From Candidatus Latescibacterota bacterium (GTDB taxonomy: Bacteria; Latescibacterota; UBA2968; UBA8231), in the NCBI GenBank assembly GCA_963422735.1, contig OY730476.1:2752001-2816000 (forward strand): a stretch of DNA of 64,000 bases, read 5' to 3'. Below, piece after piece: positions 57,632 through 64,000 of this stretch. The notes beneath the pieces were generated by a model that was not told the DNA's origin, did no database searches, and saw only the letters and a list, made by a program, of their open reading frames with translations. Both the position numbers and the translations under genes were made by a program. The stretch's first letter is position 1. Each line of letters opens with the position of its first letter.

Positions 57632-58276
57632 ATGAAAACTTGCTTGGTCGTTGGGGCGCACCCCGACGACATGGAGCTCGGATGCTGCGCCACCGTCCTC
57701 AACTTGATCGAGCGGGAGTGGGATGTGTGGTCGTTGGCCTTGGCGGACAACACGTTGACAGTCGTCGGTCAGGGCTTCGATGACTGTCATTTTCAGGCGG
57801 AGCGGCAGGAGGCCGCTCAGGTGCTGGGCATCCCGCAGGATCGCTTGCTGACGCACCGCTTCCCGGTGCGCGACTTCCCAGCACACCGGCAGGATATTCT
57901 GGAGCACCTATACAAGATGGTGCGCGACATGGAGCCAGAGATGGTTTTGTGTCCCTCGTCCACCGACATCAATCAGGATCACTTGGTCGTCTATGAGGAG
58001 ACCGTCCGGGCCTGCACGGGCATACCCTGCTCGATATTTGGGTACTACCTGCCGTGGAACAACCGGCAGGTTGGCCTCACCTTCTTCTCCTCTTTCACCG
58101 AGAAGTACATGTCCTTGAAGGAGGAGGCGCTGGCTTGCTATCGCTCCCAGGCCCACCGGCCATACATGCGGCCCGGGGCCGCCCGGGCTTTTGCGCAAAC
58201 GATGGGCACGTGCAGCTATGTCCTCCCGTTGGCCGAGCCGTTGGAGCCCATCCGGTGCATGTTGAGTGCATCATAG
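57632..58276 (+). CDS. PIG-L/LmbE deacetylase, copy B (also in frame with the HNH start at 57488)
   Basis: Duplicate of 27393..28037. Confidence 0.88.
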   Translation: MKTCLVVGAHPDDMELGCCATVLNLIEREWDVWSLALADNTLTVVGQGFDDCHFQAERQEAAQVLGIPQDRLLTHRFPVRDFPAHRQDILEHLYKMVRDMEPEMVLCPSSTDINQDHLVVYEETVRACTGIPCSIFGYYLPWNNRQVGLTFFSSFTEKYMSLKEEALACYRSQAHRPYMRPGAARAFAQTMGTCSYVLPLAEPLEPIRCMLSAS

Positions 58277-58416
58277 GGATCGCCTTGAACGCGTCGCCCG
58301 GAGGTACGCCAGCAACCGCGATGCCGCCGCGGCCTTGGGCATTCATCCGAGCAGCCGATGCCTAGTTTCAGGCTTGCCCTTGCCAAGAGGGTGCTATCAT
58401 TGTTACATTATTAAGC

Positions 58417-59043
58417 ATGATGCACACGATAGCACTTGTTTCTCAGAAAGGCGGTAGCGGCAAGACGACGCTGGCGGTGGCCCTCGCGGTTGCGCACGAG
58501 CTGGCGGGCGGTTCTTCGGTGGTGATCGATCTAGACCCGCAAGGGTCGGCGGGGGTGTGGAGCGATCTTCGGGGCGACCTTACACCGGTAGTAGTAGCGG
58601 CTCACCCGCCTAGGCTAGCACGGTCGCTCAATGCAGCCCGTACCGCGGGGGCGTCGCTAGCGGTGATCGACATGGCCCCTCGGGAAGCGGGCGGTGCGGT
58701 AGAAGCAGCCCGGTGTTCGGATTTGGTACTGGTGCCGTGCCGGCCGTCGGCGGTGGACTTGGCAGCCATCCCAGCCAGCCTAGCCGTGGCCCAGCTGGCG
58801 GAGACGGCGGTGGCCGTGGTACTGAACGCGGTTCCTCCCCGCGGGGATTTGGCGGCGCAAGCAGTGGAAGCCGTTCAAGGCTTCGGGGCGATAGCGACTC
58901 CAGTGACGATCGGGACGCGGGTGGCGCATGTTAGGGCGTTCACATCTGGGAGGACAGCCCAAGAGACCGAACCCCGCTCCGTGGCGGCTGCCGAGGTTGA
59001 AGCCCTGTACCAATGGATTTTCACGAAAGACTGGAGACTATGA
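58417..59043 (+). CDS. parA: ParA partition ATPase, copy B
   Basis: Same protein as copy A. Confidence 0.9.
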   Translation: MMHTIALVSQKGGSGKTTLAVALAVAHELAGGSSVVIDLDPQGSAGVWSDLRGDLTPVVVAAHPPRLARSLNAARTAGASLAVIDMAPREAGGAVEAARCSDLVLVPCRPSAVDLAAIPASLAVAQLAETAVAVVLNAVPPRGDLAAQAVEAVQGFGAIATPVTIGTRVAHVRAFTSGRTAQETEPRSVAAAEVEALYQWIFTKDWRL

Positions 59044-59264
59044 AGAAGCAGACGACGCTTGCGGACGCCATGCAGCGGGCCACGAGCGAGCCGAAGACGA
59101 CGTCAAGGGTCGCCCCGTCCCGGCGCGGTAAGAAGGCCGTGGTCCTATACGTCGAACCGGAGCTGGCGAAGCGGCTAAAGGTGCTCGCAGCCGAGAACGA
59201 GACGACCATCCATGCTCTCGGCTTGAAAGCCCTTGACCTCTTGTTTGAGCAACTGGAGGTATGA
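59040..59264 (+). CDS. ParG-like RHH protein, copy B
   Basis: Same protein as copy A. Confidence 0.75.
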   Translation: MKKQTTLADAMQRATSEPKTTSRVAPSRRGKKAVVLYVEPELAKRLKVLAAENETTIHALGLKALDLLFEQLEV

Positions 59265-59357
59265 TAAAAGATGCATCATAATGTGCATGGTATCATATAG
59301 CCAAAAGGAGTCTCTCCGTAAGATGTGTTTTGCTCCGAAAACTATCGGACTCGACCC

Positions 59358-60452
59358 ATGTCCCAGCTAAAATACCTGACCGTCCGCGGCTTCAAGTCCA
59401 TCCGCACGCTCGAAGATTTCGAGTTGCGGCCATTGAATGTGCTGCTCGGCGCCAACGGGGCTGGCAAGAGCAACTTCATCGGTCTGTTCCGCATGCTGGC
59501 CGAGTTGACCGAACAGCGCCTGCAACGATTCGTCGTCGAGCAGGACGGCCCGGACGCGCTGCTGTTCGGCGGACGCAGGCAAACGGCCAGTCTGGATGCG
59601 GAATTCGTCTTCGGGAGAAACGGCTACGGCTTCTCCCTCGTGCCGGCAGGCAACGGCCTGATCTTCGATCGGGAGGAGACGGTTTTTTTCGATGATTTAC
59701 GTCCAAAGGTAGAACACGCGCTGGGGAGCGGCCATCGGGAAGCGCTTCTGCCGGACAGGGTCGACGACGACACCTTCGCCTCGTATGTCCTGCCAGCCAT
59801 TCAAGGCTGGCGCATCTATCACCTTCACGATACCAGCGCATCAGCGCCCGCGCGGCAGGCATCGGCAGTGCGGGACAACCTTCGCTTGAAGCCGGACGCG
59901 GGGAATCTGGCACCGTTCCTGCGTCGTCTGCGGGAACGGCATGCGGCGCACTATCAACGCATTGTTCGCACTGTGCGCTTGGTCGCGCCTTTCTTTGGAG
60001 ACGTTGTCTACCGCAAGGAACCGGGGGAGCGTATTGAACTCGAGTGGTCGGAAACGAACGACCCGGATACTGTGCGCGGCCCGCGCCAGCTCTCCGACGG
60101 CACCCTGCGCTTCATCTGCCTGATGACGCTGCTTCTGCAACCGGCCCATCTGCAACCGGATACCATCCTCATCGACGAACCCGAGCTCGGGCTGCATCCT
60201 TACGCGCTGGCTGTGCTCGGCGCCCTGCTGCGGCAGGCCAGCGAAACGAAGCAGCTCATCGTCGCCACGCAATCGGTGGAACTGGTCCACGAGTTGGCAC
60301 CGGAGGATGTGGTGGTGGTCGATCGCGAAAACGGCACGTCCGTGTTCGAACGGCTGGATTCGGAACGCTTGGGCGAATGGCTGAAGGACTACGCGCTGGG
60401 CGATCTGTGGAAGATGAATATCCTCGGCGGGAGGCCAAGGCGCGATGGTTGA
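59358..60452 (+). CDS. ABC/AAA_21-type ATPase
   Basis: GANGAGKSN, LSDGTLR, ILIDEPELGLHP, VATQS. Confidence 0.88.
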   Translation: MSQLKYLTVRGFKSIRTLEDFELRPLNVLLGANGAGKSNFIGLFRMLAELTEQRLQRFVVEQDGPDALLFGGRRQTASLDAEFVFGRNGYGFSLVPAGNGLIFDREETVFFDDLRPKVEHALGSGHREALLPDRVDDDTFASYVLPAIQGWRIYHLHDTSASAPARQASAVRDNLRLKPDAGNLAPFLRRLRERHAAHYQRIVRTVRLVAPFFGDVVYRKEPGERIELEWSETNDPDTVRGPRQLSDGTLRFICLMTLLLQPAHLQPDTILIDEPELGLHPYALAVLGALLRQASETKQLIVATQSVELVHELAPEDVVVVDRENGTSVFERLDSERLGEWLKDYALGDLWKMNILGGRPRRDG

Positions 60453-61134
60453 GGTAATCGTCGTCTGCGAAGGCCGGGCCGAGGAGACCTTTGTGCGTGA
60501 GGTGCTAGGCGCAGAGCTTGCGCACCGGAGTGTGTTTCTCCAGCCGCGATTGATGACGACCTCCCCGGGGCATCGCGGCGGTGCGCTCAGCCGCGACAGG
60601 GTCGTGCGCTATCTGTGTACTACGTTGCGAGAACGCCGGGATGTCTATGTCACCACGCTGTTCGATCTGTACGGCTTGCCTAGCGGTTTTCCTGGACAAG
60701 GCAGCTCCGACGGAAAGGCCGACCCCATCGAACGCGCGGCATCCATCGAGCAGGACTTGCATGAAATCGTGGTGCAGAGCGCCAAATGCCGACCAGACCG
60801 ATTTCTGCCCCACATTCAGCCCCACGAGTTCGAATCCCTTCTCTTTTCCGACGTCGCACAATTCGCGGAAGTAGAACCGGACTGGCAGTCCTTCTTGGGC
60901 GTATTGCGGAACGTCCAACAAACGGCCCCAAGCCCGGAACACATCAACGACGGTCAGGATACGCACCCTTCGGCTCGCTTAAGGCAAGTGTTGGGCGCTT
61001 CATACCAAAAAGTATTGCACGGCGCCGCCGTATCGGCCCAAATCGGCCTCGAACGCATTCGTGCCGAGTGCCGTCATTTCAGAGAATGGCTGACCCGGTT
61101 GGAAGAACTCCCTCCGCTGCGCGAGGACAACTAG
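60445..61134 (+). CDS. DUF4276-like (TOPRIM-type) protein
   Basis: VVCEGRAEE, TTLFDLYGLP, HEFESLLFSD, PEHIND, HPSARL, CRHFREW. Confidence 0.78.
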   Translation: MVEVIVVCEGRAEETFVREVLGAELAHRSVFLQPRLMTTSPGHRGGALSRDRVVRYLCTTLRERRDVYVTTLFDLYGLPSGFPGQGSSDGKADPIERAASIEQDLHEIVVQSAKCRPDRFLPHIQPHEFESLLFSDVAQFAEVEPDWQSFLGVLRNVQQTAPSPEHINDGQDTHPSARLRQVLGASYQKVLHGAAVSAQIGLERIRAECRHFREWLTRLEELPPLREDN

Positions 61135-61136
61135 CT

Positions 61137-61225
61137 ATGCCATCAATTTCAGAATCCGTTGTGGAGGAAGCGGCCCTGAACTGGTTCCGCGCCTTGGGCT
61201 ACACGCTGCTTGCGGGCACGGACAC
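61137..61225 (+). pseudogene. N-terminal fragment of a type I restriction subunit R
   Basis: MPSISESVVEEAALNWFRALGY resembles HsdR N-termini; fused to methyltransferase remnants. Confidence 0.6.
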
Positions 61226-61227
61226 GG

Positions 61228-61560
61228 CGAAACGCCGCCGTCTATCCGGGCGATTTCGTGTGTGCCGACTCGCTCCATCCGGCCCGTCTCGCTGGCCGAC
61301 TTCGACTTGGTTTGGGCGTCGCCGCTCGGCTACGTTACAACGAGGCGGCCCTGCGGCGGCGGCACGCCATCCCGATCTAATCCCCCAGACCCGCGCCCTG
61401 TTGGCTCCCCATCCGTTCACGATCATCGAGAATGTGCCCCGTGCGCCGATTCGTGCCGACGTGGTGTTGACCGGGCCGATGGTATTACTATCCGCGTCGC
61501 CGCGCTGGGCTTCCGGGTAAGGTGCCTATCAAGGAGGCGCGGGCGGTGAAAGGTGCGATG
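61228..61560 (+). pseudogene. Decayed C5-methyltransferase, copy B
   Basis: Matches pieces of 30416-31009; PCQ motif removed and two further deletions. Confidence 0.85.
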
Positions 61561-61602
61561 ACGCACTGCGGGGTTCACTGGAACTGTCGGCGGACGAGGT
61601 GG

Positions 61603-61639
61603 GTTTCAATAGGCTCCCCTGGCCGAAGCAAGGGGCGAC
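61603..61639 (-). CRISPR. Solitary CRISPR-repeat-like 37-mer (no array in the window)
   Basis: GTCGCCCCTTGCTTCGGCCAGGGGAGCCTATTGAAAC: CCCCT/AGGGG stem, TTCG loop, 3' ATTGAAAC. Confidence 0.55.
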
Positions 61640-61877
61640 ACAACCAATCTCAATTTTCTCGCAACCATCTCAAGGCCGGGGTCGAGCATCTACTCTCCTT
61701 AGAAAGGCAACAGTCCCTGTTCCCCCCTAGGGAGAGAGCATGAAGAAATTCAAAGAGGTGTTGTCGATTCTCTTTCTGCTGTACAGCCTAGTCGTCATCG
61801 CCCATCATCTGGCGCGTTTCCTGTCCCCGTGAGACGCGGCTAGATGCTGGACAGGATGACTGTCTCCACTGGGGCTG

Positions 61878-62852
61878 CTACGCGCTCCGCAGGATGCGCC
61901 GCTTGGCGAAGCGGACGGTCTCGGCGATCCCTCCCTCTAGCGACACCTTGGGCTCGTAGCCCAAGAGCGTCCGGGCACAGGTCAGGTCGGGGCAGCGTCG
62001 CTTGGGAGCATCCTCGTGTGGGTTAGGTTCATGTTCGATCCTGCTCTTGGACTGGGTGATACGTAGGACGGACTCGGCCACATCGAGGATCGTATGTTCT
62101 GCATCGTTGCCGATGTTGATGGGCTTTACTATGGGCGAGCGCAGTAGGGCGAGTATGCCGGCCACTATGTCGGATACATAGCACGGGCTGCGCGTCTGCC
62201 GGCCGTTGCCCTGCACGGTCAGGGGCCAACCGTGCAGGGCCTGCTCAACGAAGGTGGGCATCATGCGGCCGTCGTCCGACTTCATGCGAGGCCCGTAGGC
62301 GTTGAAGATGCGGACGATGCGGGTGTCCAGCCCATGCTTGCGATGGTAGGTCATCGTCAGTGCCTCGGCATATCGCTTGGCCTCGGCATAGACGCCCCGG
62401 ACGCTGGTATGATCGATGTTGCCAGTGTAGGTCTCTGGCTGAGGATGAACCAGCGGGTCGCCGTACACCTCGCTGGTAGAGGCCATCAGGAAGGTAGCCC
62501 CCTCGTACCGGGCTAGTTCGAGGGCCGCTTTGGTGCCTTGGGCTCCAGCTTCCAGTATCTCCATCGCCATCGACTCTACGAGCGTCGGCGTGGAAGGACT
62601 GGCCAGATGAAGCACATAGTCGATAGAGCCAGACCCAACCTCTTTCATTAGTCTCGCCAGCAGGTGTTCTCCCTTCGACACGTTGGTCTGCAAGAACCGG
62701 AACGACGGGTTGTCCCACAGCAAGTGGGACAGGTTGTCGCCAGTGGATGTCAGGAGGCTGTCGAGGGCTATCACTTCATGCCTCTCAGCTAAAAGGGCGT
62801 CGCATAGGTGCGACCCTAAGAACCCGGCACCGCCGGTGATGATTGTCCTCAT
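61878..62852 (-). CDS. UXS-like NAD-dependent epimerase/dehydratase, copy B
   Basis: 2 aa differences from copy A. Confidence 0.9.
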   Translation of the reverse strand: MRTIITGGAGFLGSHLCDALLAERHEVIALDSLLTSTGDNLSHLLWDNPSFRFLQTNVSKGEHLLARLMKEVGSGSIDYVLHLASPSTPTLVESMAMEILEAGAQGTKAALELARYEGATFLMASTSEVYGDPLVHPQPETYTGNIDHTSVRGVYAEAKRYAEALTMTYHRKHGLDTRIVRIFNAYGPRMKSDDGRMMPTFVEQALHGWPLTVQGNGRQTRSPCYVSDIVAGILALLRSPIVKPINIGNDAEHTILDVAESVLRITQSKSRIEHEPNPHEDAPKRRCPDLTCARTLLGYEPKVSLEGGIAETVRFAKRRILRSA

Positions 62853-62862
62853 GTGTCCTGTG

Positions 62863-63201
62863 CTAGTATGTCCTCTTGTAATGGGCCAGCAGTCGCTCGC
62901 GCCGGGCCAGCAACTTCTCTAGGGCGTTCACGGCCTCGATGTCGCCTTGGGCCACCTTGGGCTGTATACTAGTCAGGGCCTCGTTGATGCGGGCTAGGTC
63001 GATGGCCCGTTGCACTTTCTGTTCGTCGAACCGCATACCTGCCTCGGCGATCAGTTCCTCGGCGACGACCTCGGCGTCGACTTTCAGCACCTTGACGGAC
63101 GTGCGGATGCCCTGCCGCTTCATCGCCTCGGCGATCTGTCTCATGGAGTAGCCTCGTATGATACAATCCTTGACGTAGGCTTGTCGCTCCGCTGCTTTCA
63201 T
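62863..63201 (-). CDS. terS-like HTH protein, copy B
   Basis: Duplicate of 34034..34372. Confidence 0.55.
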   Translation of the reverse strand: MKAAERQAYVKDCIIRGYSMRQIAEAMKRQGIRTSVKVLKVDAEVVAEELIAEAGMRFDEQKVQRAIDLARINEALTSIQPKVAQGDIEAVNALEKLLARRERLLAHYKRTY

Positions 63202-63992
63202 TGCAGTCGTGGGTTGATCCGGTTCACTGCTATGTTGCAGGAGCGACCCGTCAGTCCAATGGCATGAGCCGCAGCGGACCGCTTGAAGGACACGGCCCGG
63301 CCCCATTTGACCTTGAGCCGTTCTTCGCCCTGATGGTACTCGTCCCCCGACACCAGCCCGGTGTTGCCGCCCTTATTCCCTGAGTCCAATGCACACGTGA
63401 ACAGGACGCGCTGGTCGTACAGCATAGCCCGATCCTCGCGCAGTATCTCCAAGAAATGATCTACGTCCTCGCGGCCTCCGTCCGGGTAGTGCTGTAAGAC
63501 CTTGGCGTTGCCCCGTATTATTCGGAGCCCACCGCCCATGGTACCCACCGCCTTGAAGGGTTTTACGATATTGTCTGTCGAGCCGAAGATCCATGCGGTG
63601 GGCATGTCGCCGCAGCCCCCCCACGTCAGGTCGAGGTCTTGCAAGACCCGCACCATGTTCTCGATGTAGTTCAGGGTCTCTGTGGGGCTGGCACTCAGGC
63701 AATTGTTGCCGTCGGCCATGATCTCGATCCCCTGCAGGTCGTCATCGACAAAGGCCAGCGCGTCCTCGCTAAAATCCTCTTTCATCTTATTCATCACGCC
63801 GGCGTATCCATGGACGGGGACATGGGTGGCCAGTAGGTCGTCTGGCACCGCGGACGCATAGTCGTCGCGCTCGCGCTCATCCACATACCAAGTGGCCGTG
63901 GGCAGCAGCTCGCGTACGGATGGCACGTTCTCTGATCGCTTGCGCGACGGTATGATGAGGCGATAGTCCAGCGTCGGGTCCGGCGTCAGCAT
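63198..63992 (-). CDS. GT-A glycosyltransferase, copy B
   Basis: Duplicate of 34369..35163. Confidence 0.7.
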   Translation of the reverse strand: MLTPDPTLDYRLIIPSRKRSENVPSVRELLPTATWYVDERERDDYASAVPDDLLATHVPVHGYAGVMNKMKEDFSEDALAFVDDDLQGIEIMADGNNCLSASPTETLNYIENMVRVLQDLDLTWGGCGDMPTAWIFGSTDNIVKPFKAVGTMGGGLRIIRGNAKVLQHYPDGGREDVDHFLEILREDRAMLYDQRVLFTCALDSGNKGGNTGLVSGDEYHQGEERLKVKWGRAVSFKRSAAAHAIGLTGRSCNIAVNRINPRLQ

Positions 63993-64000
63993 AGCAGGTT

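Noticed and set aside
61586-61602. Flank of the solitary repeat as a self-targeting spacer
   Set aside because: The best match I saw is only about 11 nt (near 36274), which is not significant

Overview
The window has two parts. Positions 1-16.1 kb are bacterial core chromosome: pheS (3' part), pheT, zapB, zapA, rny, ymdB, xseA, xseB, recN, a pgsA-like gene, a large TolB/peptidase/beta-barrel outer-membrane protein, a CBM9-like protein and a conserved hypothetical gene. From about 16,152 to the window end lies a siphovirus-derived element present as two diverged tandem copies with a period of about 34.6 kb. Copy A is about 16.2-50.9 kb; copy B starts at about 50.9 kb and runs off the window. 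The element has a tail module, terminase/HNH and a plasmid-type ParA/RHH pair. I could not recognise an integrase, portal, capsid, lysin or replication gene. It carries a dense modification arsenal: a DegT-WbqC-ParB-ParB-glycosyltransferase-terS-like-UXS operon, a PIG-L deacetylase, a PAPS-reductase-like gene, two methyltransferases and a TGT-like gene. This suggests an acylated aminosugar modification of phage DNA or virions, which is my best candidate for an undescribed system. Copy B has deletions, two of them filled with foreign DNA: an AAA-ATPase/DUF4276/hsdR-start fragment and a single CRISPR-repeat-like 37-mer. Other oddities are a 51-bp copy of the tail-chaperone frameshift site inside the tail-tip gene, two in-frame TGA codons, 240-bp non-coding direct repeats and a repeated promoter cassette. 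All family assignments come from motif recognition by eye, not database searches.
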